Shown piece by piece: positions 15,413 to 25,494 of a stretch of 64,000 bases of DNA (its first letter is position 1; every line of letters starts with the position of its first letter). The DNA is from a virus. Both the position numbers and the translations under genes were made by a program. Under the pieces are notes generated by a model that ran no database searches, had not been told where the DNA came from, and saw only the letters and a program-made list of their open reading frames with translations. The DNA is taken from IMG/VR virus record IMGVR_UViG_3300029286_000020, positions 1 to 64,000 of that record. One strand, written 5' to 3'.

Positions 15413-17590
15413 CTAGACGGCGGAAGGACCAGTGTAGAGGACGGAGGTTACAACGAAGGAGTCCTTGGTCACGACCTCGCTGTCGAGGATGATGAGGTTG
15501 CCGAAGGAATCCAGCTTCGTCGTGAGGGGGATGACCGGGCTGTCCGCTGTCAGGTACCCGACGATGGTCGGGTTCACGAAGGCCACTCCTGCAACCGTCA
15601 GCGCGCCATCAGTGATCTCGGAACGGTACAGCGAACTACCGAACAGTCGATTCTTGAGCAGGTTGTCCAGCACCGACTCAACTGCAAGCCGAGCCACTTG
15701 CTCGCTGAAGCCGGGGCGGACGCCGATCTGGACATCGAGGATGGCGTAGATCAGGGACCGCTCTCCCGAGACAACCTGCACCGTCTGCGTCACTGCTTTT
15801 CGGGCATCGAGGTAGGTCTGCAGGCTCAGTTTGAGACCGAGGCTGGGGGCGACGTAGAAGCCGCTCGCGTCCCGAGTGAGGATCGGGACCGTGACGAGGT
15901 TCGCGGAGCAGTTCGCGGACAGGATCGCATCCACGTGGGCTTCGATCTCGTCGAGCGTACCGTTGATGGTACCGACACCAATCCCACCGGGCTCGAAGGG
16001 GAACACCGCTGCCGTGATGGCTGGCGAGACGACCGTGTCGATGTTGATGACCGCCGCATCGGATGCGACGACTGCGTTGGTCTGTGCCAGCAGGATGGAG
16101 TCGGGAGTCGTTGGGGCGAGGCCGACTGCAAGCAGGTCGTCTTGCACGTCTCCGCAGGACACCACGGACGAGTCGATCTGCGACTGCATCGTCACGAGGT
16201 CGATGTTGATGTTCGTGAAGAGCCCTTGCAAAGCTGTTTTGGTCGCCGATGTGAGTTGGTCTGTTGCGGCAACCGGGATGGGCCCGAGCGTGACCAGCCC
16301 GTCGTTGCAACGGCTGCTCGCAAGGACCGCGCGATTGCTGGCGGAGTTCAGAGTCGAGATCGTGGTGGTGATGGTTCCCGTTGCACCCGTGTTGAGGACA
16401 CCGATGTCCGCGATGCCCGTCGTGATCGTGAGATTCGCAGCCGTGATGGTCGCTGTGTCCACGCCCAGCGCCAGCAGCTGTGCGTCCACCGTGGTCGCCA
16501 CTGGAGCCACGATGTTGCGGACGTCCTGCAGGAGGCTCTGGAGTTCAAGGTCGCTATCGGCGGAGCGGGTCGAGTACGCCTGTGACGCAGCCACACGCCC
16601 GAAGAGAGGGTCAGCAAACGCCGAGGAGAGGGCCACGTAGTCGCTGCGGGTCACCGCGACTTGGCGGCTCTTGTAGACCTGCCCCGCGAGGTACTTCGCT
16701 CGTTCAAGCGACTCTGGATTGTCTCCACCGACCGCACCTTCAGGGTTCGTGATGGACAAGGCGATGGTCTGAAAACTGACGACGAGCGGCTTGGCAACCT
16801 TCGTGATGGTGTTCGCAGTCACCTGCCCAGCAAGCCCTGTGGCGGCGATGTAGGTGACAGCGATCGTGGAGTTCGGCCCGGGAATATCGGTCTGCGCGAC
16901 CGTGCCGTCCCCGAAGCGAACCGTCGTCGGGTCGTCGCTGTAGCCGACCTCAAAGAACTGCCCACCTGTGACGGGGAGGAAGTCAGCCTCCGCGTAGGGG
17001 GCACCGTTGACGAGAACAGACACAGACCCCTGCACCACGTTCTTCCCTGACGGGACGTTGCGGAGGTTGAAGACTTGGCTTGCAGTACCGTCGCCAACGA
17101 ACGACTCAGAGAGGCTCTCCCCTTCGTAGATCGGGATAGTCTGCGGGGAGTTCTGCCGAGGGGCGAACGTCACAGCCTCTGCGGTCTCGAAGATCAGGTT
17201 GTTGGGGCCCAGAAACTGGAAGCCAACTGGGATCGTGACTGTGAAGTTGACAGGGTTCGATATGCTGACGACGACGTCGGTAGATGAGCTGACGGCGCCT
17301 CCCATCTTGTAGCCGAGCTGCCTTGTGAGGCGCGACACAGCCTTCCGAGTCTGCGCCGTGTCGAGGTACGAGTCGGAGGCACGGCGGTCGAGATAGAACG
17401 CAAGGGAGTCGAGGCCATACGCCGAGATGTCCAACAGCATGATGGCGAGGCTGGAGAGGGCAAAGTCGTTGAACTCAGCAGCAAACTTCGTCTGAAGCTC
17501 AGAGCGCAGGTCATCGAAGATCGTCGGGAAGTCGAGCCCGACGTACTGAACTTTGTTGAGAGCGGCGACCGCTGTTGTCGAGTTCGCCAT
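15413..17590 (-). CDS. baseplate wedge subunit (T4 gp6 / baseplate J-like)
   Basis: YVGLDFPTI...SYLDTAQTR, FGDG, GGDNPES...AVTRSDY motifs. Confidence 0.9.
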   Translation of the reverse strand: MANSTTAVAALNKVQYVGLDFPTIFDDLRSELQTKFAAEFNDFALSSLAIMLLDISAYGLDSLAFYLDRRASDSYLDTAQTRKAVSRLTRQLGYKMGGAVSSSTDVVVSISNPVNFTVTIPVGFQFLGPNNLIFETAEAVTFAPRQNSPQTIPIYEGESLSESFVGDGTASQVFNLRNVPSGKNVVQGSVSVLVNGAPYAEADFLPVTGGQFFEVGYSDDPTTVRFGDGTVAQTDIPGPNSTIAVTYIAATGLAGQVTANTITKVAKPLVVSFQTIALSITNPEGAVGGDNPESLERAKYLAGQVYKSRQVAVTRSDYVALSSAFADPLFGRVAASQAYSTRSADSDLELQSLLQDVRNIVAPVATTVDAQLLALGVDTATITAANLTITTGIADIGVLNTGATGTITTTISTLNSASNRAVLASSRCNDGLVTLGPIPVAATDQLTSATKTALQGLFTNINIDLVTMQSQIDSSVVSCGDVQDDLLAVGLAPTTPDSILLAQTNAVVASDAAVINIDTVVSPAITAAVFPFEPGGIGVGTINGTLDEIEAHVDAILSANCSANLVTVPILTRDASGFYVAPSLGLKLSLQTYLDARKAVTQTVQVVSGERSLIYAILDVQIGVRPGFSEQVARLAVESVLDNLLKNRLFGSSLYRSEITDGALTVAGVAFVNPTIVGYLTADSPVIPLTTKLDSFGNLIILDSEVVTKDSFVVTSVLYTGPSAV

Positions 17591-17623
17591 ACGAGAACCT
17601 GCTTCCTAGAGGATCGGACCGTT

Positions 17624-18007
17624 CTACGGGGCGGCGGTTGGAATGGCGACTGGGAAAGCGCCAGTAGTCCCTGTGGCGACCACTGTGTACTCGATCAGAA
17701 CGGTCACAAATGCTTCGTCGCGGGTGAATGAGATGTTGTCGAGCCGAGCCCGAGGCTCCCAGCGCGCAAGTGTCGAGGAGATTTCCGACCGGAGAATTTG
17801 CGTCAGAATGTCATCGTTGTTCTCGAAGACGTACTGCTGCATGTCGCACCCGAATTGAGGGCGCATCGGACGCTCGCCTCGCTGAGTCTGCAGGATCTGC
17901 TGCAGAGACATCCGGACGAGGTCGTCATCGAAGGTGGCAGCAGGAAGACTCTGGGAGCCCTTCTGGAAGGGGAAAGCCACTCCTCTGTAGAACGCCATCA
18001 GGGCCAT
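17624..18007 (-). CDS. baseplate sheath initiator (gp25/GPW family)
   Basis: ILQTQRGERPMRPQFGC...RWEPRA; AAGGAGG SD. Confidence 0.92.
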   Translation of the reverse strand: MALMAFYRGVAFPFQKGSQSLPAATFDDDLVRMSLQQILQTQRGERPMRPQFGCDMQQYVFENNDDILTQILRSEISSTLARWEPRARLDNISFTRDEAFVTVLIEYTVVATGTTGAFPVAIPTAAP

Positions 18008-18014
18008 ATGGTCC
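18001..18014 (-). repeat. 14-bp quasi-palindrome, copy 4 (GGACCATATGGCCC on minus), overlapping the gp25 start codon
   Basis: Read directly; lies between SD and ATG. Confidence 0.9.
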
Positions 18015-18052
18015 GCCTCCTTGGGTACTGCATCCTAGACGTATCTGCTCGT

Positions 18053-18538
18053 TCACACCACCGGCCCGATGATGGGCGGGCCAGATGGCTGTGGAAACGT
18101 GACGAGCGTGCTCAAGGTGGCAGTGTGGAGCGCAGTGGCAACGGCTGTCGCGTAGACCTCGGCGGGATTCGGCACGACCAAGAGAGCCGTCAGGATGGGC
18201 AGCATGGCGGGGGCGAGGACAGGGGGAGCTGCCACACCGGGGAGTGGGACGCCTGCGAAGATGGCGCCGGTCCAATAGAGGGTGATCATCGAGACGAAGC
18301 CTGCAGCGACCACCGGAGGAGCCCCGGGCAGCACCGCAAAAGCCGACCCGAGGGCCACGTCCATCGTGACCACACCGGGGCCCGGAGTCACCAGCGGGAA
18401 ACCAAGGGAAGAGGCGGCGGCAGCATACTCGCGGTAGGCCGACGCGACCCGACTGGCTGCGGTGAACGCATCCGGAGGCTTGTCCGTGGTCGACAGCTTG
18501 AGCAGGGCGTTGAAAAGAACCGAAGGGTCAAGAGGCAC
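18053..18538 (-). CDS. hypothetical baseplate-region protein
   Basis: Between spike and gp25; hydrophobic, Pro/Ala-rich. Confidence 0.6.
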   Translation of the reverse strand: MPLDPSVLFNALLKLSTTDKPPDAFTAASRVASAYREYAAAASSLGFPLVTPGPGVVTMDVALGSAFAVLPGAPPVVAAGFVSMITLYWTGAIFAGVPLPGVAAPPVLAPAMLPILTALLVVPNPAEVYATAVATALHTATLSTLVTFPQPSGPPIIGPVV

Positions 18539-18541
18539 AGT

Positions 18542-19417
18542 TCACTTGACCTTCACGACTGTCGACAGCAACGCCGGGGTTGCAGGAGCGACTGGAGGGC
18601 TGGAGGGCCCAACGCCGGTCGCGTGGGTGTGCGTGTTGAGCCACGTCAAAAGCTGCTGCCCGAGCACTGCGGGTTCTGTCGGAAGGTTCCCAAGGTTCAC
18701 GGCGGCGGCTTTGGCGGAAAACTCAGATGCCCCGTCGATCACGACTTTCTGGGTGGTCTTGATGGTCACCCCGCCTGCGTCGATGGTGATCGTGTTCGAG
18801 TTGTCCTTGTCCGTGATGGTGATCTTCTTCCCCACCGTGTCGATGACGACCGACGACTCATTCGCTGCCTGCAGCTTGACCGCGCCGTCCTTGGTGAACT
18901 GGAGGAAGGCGTTGTCTCCGTCCCGAGCTGCGCTGTCATTCCCAACAGGTTGCGCCGTTGGCTTTCGCCACGTCAGCGTCACGTCCTCGGAACCGCTCTC
19001 GTCGTTGAGGACGAAGGAGTGGCCCATGCGGGTCACGAAGCCTCGACGGGTGGGAACCGAGCCGTCCGCCGCCGGGTAGCCAAGCTCAGGTGGCAGCTTT
19101 CCCTGCGCAGAGAAGCCGCCGAAGTAGATGGGTCGGCCTGTCAACCGACCGCGTGGATAGGCAATCCACACGACGTCTCCAACCTCCGGGGGCCAGAACC
19201 AACCTCGATCGGGCCCGCCACCTGCGAACGCCGGGTACGCCCAGATGTCCGGAGGGTTGTCGTTACCGACCTCCTCACACAAGACTTGAATGCGCCCCTG
19301 CTTCGTGGGGTCGGTTACCGACGTAACGCGCGCCAAGTAGGTGCCGTAGAACACCAAATGTGGTTCAAGGCCGTAGTTCTGCAGCCACTCGTAGAAGCTC
19401 TCGAAGCTCAGGCTCAT
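18542..19417 (-). CDS. central spike (gpV/gp5/VgrG OB-fold, beta-helix, HxH apex)
   Basis: DPTKQGRIQV, WAYP, PPEVGDVVW, C-terminal NTHTH. Confidence 0.9.
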   Translation of the reverse strand: MSLSFESFYEWLQNYGLEPHLVFYGTYLARVTSVTDPTKQGRIQVLCEEVGNDNPPDIWAYPAFAGGGPDRGWFWPPEVGDVVWIAYPRGRLTGRPIYFGGFSAQGKLPPELGYPAADGSVPTRRGFVTRMGHSFVLNDESGSEDVTLTWRKPTAQPVGNDSAARDGDNAFLQFTKDGAVKLQAANESSVVIDTVGKKITITDKDNSNTITIDAGGVTIKTTQKVVIDGASEFSAKAAAVNLGNLPTEPAVLGQQLLTWLNTHTHATGVGPSSPPVAPATPALLSTVVKVK

Positions 19418-20856
19418 TCAACACCGCTCTCGACGACAGCCTCTACCACAACAACGTCCGCCAGCCGCAGCTGAGATTCTGTTCCAGTCGCGTTCGGAAC
19501 AGGTTGATTTTCGTTTTTCCCTCGTGGAGAGATCTTGTTGAGGATCGCTTGCACCATCAGCTGGCTGTTCTGGATGAGCGTGAGCGACGTGGTGAACCCA
19601 GACGCTGACATCGAGTGCTTCAGTGCGTGACAAACATAGAAGCCGTCGATGCGCTTGCTGACTCCTCTCACGTCGTACATGTTGCCGGGGATGGCATCTG
19701 GAAGCCCGAGCGTTTCGATGTCGAGCTGCAGGCCGACCGAATTCCCAAGCGAAGTCATTCCAGCAAGCTGTTCAAGGGCGAGCTTCTCCGTCGGGGAGTC
19801 GTCATCTTGCGTGGGAGCCACGACCGTCGAGATCTTGTTTGACGTAGTGTCGACGCCTGTCTGAGCGTCTTCTCCGCCAGATACCGTAGCGTCTTTGGGG
19901 GTTGCAGCGGTCTCGACAGACTCCTGAGTAGTCTGGTTGATCTTCTTCATCTGAAGGGTCTTGGCCCATCCAGACAGGAAGATTGCTGACAAGCCCTCAC
20001 CGACGGAGATGGAGAGAATCGGGTAGATCGCCCGATTCGCGATTGAAGACCCGATTTCTCCGCCGAAGTCGTAGAGAGTGAGAAGCGCCAAGGGGGCCTG
20101 CAGCATCATCTCAACCTGAGAAATGAGTCTCAGTTTTCGGAAGCCGTCTTTCCCATCGAAGGTGTTGACCCAACAACCCGAAGCACGCGCCAGCTGCGAG
20201 ATGACGTGTAGGTAGGATTTTCCAGCGTTGACCAGTGCAACTTCCTCTTTCAGCGCACTCAAAGCAGCAGCGTCGAGAATCCAGTCCCCGGTGTTGGTTT
20301 GGACTTCGCCTCCCATCTTATTGACGAGGCTGATGATGTGTTCCTGCCGGGTCTTCTTCTCCACTACACCCGTCGCACCTGTGGCACCGAGGTAGTAGCC
20401 TGCAGTGCCGACACCCTTCAGAGTGATGGTCACGTCAGTCCCGAAGTTCGCTTCGGGCGGCTGAAGAATTCCTTGGAACGGCGGCGTCGATGTCACCCCT
20501 TCCGATCCTGTGGAGTAGCCGAGGGTCACTTCGATTGCACTGAGCGGGTATTCAAGCAGCGTCGAGTCGAGGATCTTCCGCGCGTCTTCCAGAGTTGGCG
20601 TCAGGACAACATCGATGGTCGGCACTCCTCCCAAGTCCATCGAGACAGTCACCGATGACAGGTAGGAAAGAGTGCTGGCGAACAGCGGGTCGCCATCCTT
20701 CTCGCCTCCCGTCGTTCCCGTGAGTGCGACGGGCAACAAGGACTGTGGGTTCGATTGGTTGCTGTTGACCGATAAGGAGAATCGCTGCTCGGTGGTCTGC
20801 CCCGGGTTCTTGAGGATCGCCGCCTGCATGAAGGGGCTGGAGAAGTCAGTCTTCAT
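19414..20856 (-). CDS. baseplate hub (gp27/gpD-like)
   Basis: Position before spike; C-terminal LGLPDAIPG...DGFYVCHALKHSMSASGFTTSL. Confidence 0.75.
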   Translation of the reverse strand: MKTDFSSPFMQAAILKNPGQTTEQRFSLSVNSNQSNPQSLLPVALTGTTGGEKDGDPLFASTLSYLSSVTVSMDLGGVPTIDVVLTPTLEDARKILDSTLLEYPLSAIEVTLGYSTGSEGVTSTPPFQGILQPPEANFGTDVTITLKGVGTAGYYLGATGATGVVEKKTRQEHIISLVNKMGGEVQTNTGDWILDAAALSALKEEVALVNAGKSYLHVISQLARASGCWVNTFDGKDGFRKLRLISQVEMMLQAPLALLTLYDFGGEIGSSIANRAIYPILSISVGEGLSAIFLSGWAKTLQMKKINQTTQESVETAATPKDATVSGGEDAQTGVDTTSNKISTVVAPTQDDDSPTEKLALEQLAGMTSLGNSVGLQLDIETLGLPDAIPGNMYDVRGVSKRIDGFYVCHALKHSMSASGFTTSLTLIQNSQLMVQAILNKISPRGKNENQPVPNATGTESQLRLADVVVVEAVVESGVE

Positions 20857-20865
20857 TGCGCCCTC

Positions 20866-21183
20866 CTACTGCTTGGTCTTCTTGGCGAACAGGGTGCTGG
20901 CAACGTAGGTTGGCGACGGAATCCGGATGGTGGCCCCTACCTGTAGGTCGGTTGGCAGAAGGTAGAGGTCGTTGGCGAGCGCGATGACCCACCAGAGATT
21001 CGGGTCGCCGTAGTAGCTGAACGCGAGATTGTCGATGCGATCCGTGATGTTGACGGTGATGTAGAAGTCGGACGGCTGGAGAGGAACCTCAGGCAGGTTA
21101 TCCAGTTCCCAGAAGGTCACTCCCCGCACCGTGAGCAGGTTCTTGAAGCGCAGTCGGCTTTGGCGAGAGACGACGACAGACAT
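20866..21183 (-). CDS. LysM/gpX/gp53-like baseplate protein
   Basis: DRIDNLAFSYYGDPNLWWVIALAN...GATIRIP. Confidence 0.85.
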   Translation of the reverse strand: MSVVVSRQSRLRFKNLLTVRGVTFWELDNLPEVPLQPSDFYITVNITDRIDNLAFSYYGDPNLWWVIALANDLYLLPTDLQVGATIRIPSPTYVASTLFAKKTKQ

Positions 21184-21186
21184 TGT

Positions 21187-24100
21187 CTACCTCAACGCCG
21201 GGGAGAGGCGGGCAGGAGGGGAAACGCGCCCAGCATTTGCCGCAGGAGATGGGCCTCTGGACCGAGCCCGATCAGGAGAGGCTCGATCTTCTTGCAGCAC
21301 CTTCGCGATGAGTTCAAGCACAGCCGTCTGGCGCTCGTCCCGGGCGCGCTGCTCCTCAGCCCACTTCGGGTTCTCGACCGCAGCGACAAGCGCCGCCGAG
21401 TTTTCCTTGTTCGTGGTCTGAAGCATCGACCACTCGGAGTTGCCTGCTCCGTTGCCGCTCAACACCCCAGAACCAGAAGGAGTCAGGTCTGGAACAGATG
21501 TCCGGGCCCTGAAAGCGGCAAAGTTTTTTCGCCCTTGTGCAATTTCAGCCGCAGTGGCCCCTGATACCTTCTCAGGACCGTTCATCTCCAGCTGCCGAGC
21601 GCCGAGGCCCTGCACCTTGCTGGCGTCAAGACCTCGGTAAGCCTTGATGGCGAGAGGAGTCGAGGTCGTTCTCTCCATCTTGGGGTCTGAGAGGGCGGCA
21701 GCGACGTCGCTCTTCTTGGTGCTCTGGAGCCACTCACCAGCCTTCTTGATGTTAGCGATCGTGGCAGAGTCAATGCCAAAGAACTTCGCCAAGCCGGGGG
21801 ACTCAGAGATGGTCTTTCCGAGGCCGATGAGCAGGTCGCCGATGGTCTGGATGATGCTGGTCAATGGTGCAGAGATAAGGGTGGCCAGCTTGTTCGAGTA
21901 CTCGCGAACGAAGTTGAACACGACGGCGAAGGCATTGTGGACGACGTCGAACCCAGCCATGAAGAAGTTGGCGATGTGGGCGCCGATGTTCTCAAAGAAC
22001 GTCAAGGTGTTCTGACCGATGTACGACAAAAAGTTCCCGATGTGATCGCCATACCATTCGACCGTCGTGAAGATGTTGTTCCACATCCGGTCCCACGTCT
22101 GCGTGAAGGTGTCGCCCTCCTGTTGGGCCATTGCGAACATGCCTGCAAAGAAGGCCACGAACGCAGCGATGACGATGGCACTCGCTGCTGTGATCGCTCC
22201 TGCGATGCCTTGGATAATACCAGTGAAACCTCTCCACAGCTGAGAGGCCAACCACTTCAAGGCGGGCCACACAGCCTTTTTCCACATCCATGGTCCAAGC
22301 AGCTTCAGCACCGTGACAGCAAGGGTCGCGAATGCAGACACGAGGGCAGCAGTGATCGGACCGAGAAAGGTCACAGCGAGGATTGAGCCTGCAATCAGGA
22401 GCGGAAGGGACTCGCCAAACCACGCCTTCACCTTCTCCTCGAAAGTCTTGTTGGGGTCATCCCATATCTCGCCCATCCTAGCCCACCACCCAACCAAGTA
22501 GTCCCCAAGCGTCTCCAGCGCGTAGTCAAACGCCTTCCGCATGGTGTCCCCGATGGCTGCGCCAATGACCGCACCGTCGCTCGCGGTCTTCGGGTCAACG
22601 AAGTCTCCCATCAGCCCATCGAAGAACCCGCTCGCGACCTCCTTGACGAACTTGAAGGCTTTGTCGAAGGCATCCTTGAAGACGTCAATCAAGCCATTCA
22701 GGATTGCGTCAGTCTCCTTGTTTCCGGTGAGCTGCCCTACGTCGCCGAGCCCGCCTGAGAGAACTTTGCGCGCGAACTTCGAGACAAACTTGATCGCCTT
22801 CGACGCGTAGACCGGCAGTGTCGTGGTCATGAACTTGATGATCTGTGCGCCGGTTTTCTGGAGTGCTGCGTGAGCTACGGCCTCCACGATCTCCCCAGAA
22901 GACGCTCCCAGCTTCTTCAGACCCGGGCGTAGCTTCTTGTCGAGGTCGACGAAGTTCGACGCGAACATCGCAGCGATGCCACCGAACACACCCAACAAAG
23001 CCCCAAACGGGCTCGTGAGGTTGATGCCTGCAGCACGGAGCTTCGCCAGAGGGCCCGTCAGTGCCTCCGCTGCGCTGCCAAGCGCAATCATCGGCCCTTG
23101 GATATTTGCTGGGAACAACGCTGTGGCCCCGAACTTCTGCACGTCCGCAAGTTTGCCGAGGACCATCCCAAGCGGACCGCCATCCTTTGCGACGTCCTCC
23201 ATCTTGGTCGCGAACCAGTTGAACGAAGACTGTGTTTCTTTGAGGAAAGAATTTGTCGACTGAGTCGCGAGGCCTCGGAAGCGCTGCAGGAAGCCTTGCT
23301 GCTGACGCTCGAACATCTCAGCAGCCGTCAGGCCAGTCGTGAATCCGTCCTTCGCGAGCTTCCCTGTGGCCTTCGCAGATGCAGCCACCATCTTGCCGAC
23401 ATCCACAGTGGTCAGGGCCAGACGTCCTTCAGCGGACTGCAACATATTGACGATGTCGTTGCCTGACTCTCCGAAGGCTTTGGATGCATGCGCGCGGAAG
23501 AATTCGACAGCAGCTTTGGCGTCTTCCGCTCCGAGCTTGTCCACCGCCCCCGCGAACTTCTTCAGGAAGACGTCAGGGCTCTCACTCATCGAGGCGAACG
23601 CGTCGTCGATTCCGGTGCCCGCCTTGGCGAACGCCAAAGTGCTCTCGTGCAAGGCGCTGGTCGCACCAGCGGCGAGGTCTTTGAAGCCTTGCTTGCCGTC
23701 CGTCAGAGCAGTTGCGAGACCCGTGGCAACTGCCATCGCCTTCTCGTCGTTCCCGGTGACGCTGTAGAACGCGTCTGCTGTGGCGACAATTCCCTTGCCG
23801 AATTCAGCGATCTGCTCAGGCGTGTCGCCCAACATCTTGCGCTTGCTCAGGATCGACGTGATGTCATCGAGCTTCCCGAGGCTTGCTGTGACGTCGCCTG
23901 ACTTCGTCCCGAACGCAGTGAGCATGTCCGTGATCTGCGAGACATCCTTGGGGGAGATCTTCTTCCCCATCTGAAGCAACGAGTAGGAAAACTTGTCGCT
24001 GGAGACGCCAGCGACTTCGGCCAGCTTCGCCAAAGTCGCAGCGCTGTCGATCCCCATGTCCTTCAGGATGTCAGCGGCTTTCACGTCGCCAAGAACAGCG

Positions 24101-24486
24101 TCAAAGCCGTAGATCGCCTTCCCGGCTTGGTCCGCCCCGATGTTCATCGAGTAGGCCATCCCGGAGGCCTCCTTCTTGAACTTCGTCAGCTCCTTCCCGG
24201 TGTAGCCCATCGTCGCGCCGAGCTTCCGAGTCTCCTTGTCGAAGGCGGTGAACGTCGACTCGATCGAGGATGTCAGCTCCATGCTGCCCGTCGAGAGCGT
24301 CTTGAACTTGTCCCCCAGCTCCCCGAGCCGGTCGAAGCTCAGGGCCGACAGCATGGTCTGGAGCCGCTGGAGCCCCAGCATCTCCTTTCCAAGCGTGCGA
24401 AAGTCCCGACTCAGCCCGTTGATGGCCTTGCCGAGCCCAAGGTCGTTTCCTCGGAAGCTGAAACCAAGACCGAAATTGAGGGCCAT
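21187..24486 (-). CDS. tape measure protein
   Basis: 1099 aa, Ala/Gly-rich helical with hydrophobic segments; follows chaperone, precedes LysM gene. Confidence 0.9.
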   Translation of the reverse strand: MALNFGLGFSFRGNDLGLGKAINGLSRDFRTLGKEMLGLQRLQTMLSALSFDRLGELGDKFKTLSTGSMELTSSIESTFTAFDKETRKLGATMGYTGKELTKFKKEASGMAYSMNIGADQAGKAIYGFDAVLGDVKAADILKDMGIDSAATLAKLAEVAGVSSDKFSYSLLQMGKKISPKDVSQITDMLTAFGTKSGDVTASLGKLDDITSILSKRKMLGDTPEQIAEFGKGIVATADAFYSVTGNDEKAMAVATGLATALTDGKQGFKDLAAGATSALHESTLAFAKAGTGIDDAFASMSESPDVFLKKFAGAVDKLGAEDAKAAVEFFRAHASKAFGESGNDIVNMLQSAEGRLALTTVDVGKMVAASAKATGKLAKDGFTTGLTAAEMFERQQQGFLQRFRGLATQSTNSFLKETQSSFNWFATKMEDVAKDGGPLGMVLGKLADVQKFGATALFPANIQGPMIALGSAAEALTGPLAKLRAAGINLTSPFGALLGVFGGIAAMFASNFVDLDKKLRPGLKKLGASSGEIVEAVAHAALQKTGAQIIKFMTTTLPVYASKAIKFVSKFARKVLSGGLGDVGQLTGNKETDAILNGLIDVFKDAFDKAFKFVKEVASGFFDGLMGDFVDPKTASDGAVIGAAIGDTMRKAFDYALETLGDYLVGWWARMGEIWDDPNKTFEEKVKAWFGESLPLLIAGSILAVTFLGPITAALVSAFATLAVTVLKLLGPWMWKKAVWPALKWLASQLWRGFTGIIQGIAGAITAASAIVIAAFVAFFAGMFAMAQQEGDTFTQTWDRMWNNIFTTVEWYGDHIGNFLSYIGQNTLTFFENIGAHIANFFMAGFDVVHNAFAVVFNFVREYSNKLATLISAPLTSIIQTIGDLLIGLGKTISESPGLAKFFGIDSATIANIKKAGEWLQSTKKSDVAAALSDPKMERTTSTPLAIKAYRGLDASKVQGLGARQLEMNGPEKVSGATAAEIAQGRKNFAAFRARTSVPDLTPSGSGVLSGNGAGNSEWSMLQTTNKENSAALVAAVENPKWAEEQRARDERQTAVLELIAKVLQEDRASPDRARSRGPSPAANAGRVSPPARLSPALR

Positions 24487-24535
24487 CGACTCTCCAACAG
24501 ATGGGGCACCGACGATTTTGTAGCACGACGACCTG

Positions 24536-24742
24536 TCAGCGTCTCATTCGAGCGCGGGACTGAGAGTCCGCCTGCCGTTGCTTCTCCTCGCGCTTCTGCT
24601 CCAATTCGACCTTCTTTTGAATCAGCCGATGCCGCCGGGTCGTCGGCATCCCCATCGCTGACTCGTAGGAGGTGTGCCACACCTCCATCAGGTAGAAGAT
24701 TTCGTCTTCGAGTCCTTCTGGACTCGACCCGGGAAGAAAAAA
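24536..24742 (-). CDS. -1 frameshift extension of the tail assembly chaperone (gpGT-like)
   Basis: Open -1 frame LPGSSPEGLEDEIFYLMEVWH...RR entered at T TTT TTC (24736..24742). Confidence 0.8.
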   Translation of the reverse strand, partial: FFLPGSSPEGLEDEIFYLMEVWHTSYESAMGMPTTRRHRLIQKKVELEQKREEKQRQADSQSRARMRR

Positions 24743-25494
24743 CCGGGCTGACCCAAGTCCAGTTCGCTCTTGTATTCGTGGCTGCAGACAGGGCACTGCA
24801 TGTCCATCTCAGTGTCGACGCCGCCGTCGTGGCTCTCCATCATGGTCCGCAGACCCTGCCGGTCGCGAAACGACAAGCCCTTGATGTCGGTCATCGTAGG
24901 CGTCTTCCCGTCGAGAAGTTCGATGCGCGCAAGAAGCATGGCTGAGGGCTTCTCGTCGTCAGATACCTTGCTGGCACGTTCCTCGTCGGCACCAGTCCCG
25001 AGACGGTGGCGAACCTTCCGGCCCGATGGGAGCACGTCATCGAACACGCGGACCATCGGGTTGGTCATCTTCTGGACGGTGAGGTCGCTGAGATCGAGAA
25101 CGTAGTTCCCCCTGCTTTTGCACTCTGGGCACACCTCCTCGACTGGGAAGGCATCCCCCAGAGACGTGCGGCGAAGGGCCAGCAAGAGGAAGATGCGGTC
25201 GCCAGTCGGGAGGTGGGAGATGATGCTGGGAAAATGCCCCTTGTCCGTGATGGTGCCGATGCGTTCCAAACAGGCGGACAGCAGCATCCCGAGCTTCTTC
25301 TGCACCCCGAGCTTCGGAGTGGCGAGAAGGTCCTCTTCCCGCCCCGTCATCTCCCTCAGATGGACCTCAGTGTGAAGCACTCCAAGGTTGTCGAGGTAGC
25401 CGCACGGCAACTCGAAGACGCCGTTTGTCGGCTTCGGAGTGTCGAGCAGGTTCTGGTTGATGTTCTCTGAGAAAGTCGGTGCTTTGTCGCTCAC
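24688..25494 (-). CDS. tail assembly chaperone (T4 gp26-like, two CxxC motifs)
   Basis: FELPCG, REMTGREED, CPEC and CPVC, ends near GFFFP; upstream of tape measure. Confidence 0.8.
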   Translation of the reverse strand: MSDKAPTFSENINQNLLDTPKPTNGVFELPCGYLDNLGVLHTEVHLREMTGREEDLLATPKLGVQKKLGMLLSACLERIGTITDKGHFPSIISHLPTGDRIFLLLALRRTSLGDAFPVEEVCPECKSRGNYVLDLSDLTVQKMTNPMVRVFDDVLPSGRKVRHRLGTGADEERASKVSDDEKPSAMLLARIELLDGKTPTMTDIKGLSFRDRQGLRTMMESHDGGVDTEMDMQCPVCSHEYKSELDLGQPGFFFPGRVQKDSKTKSST

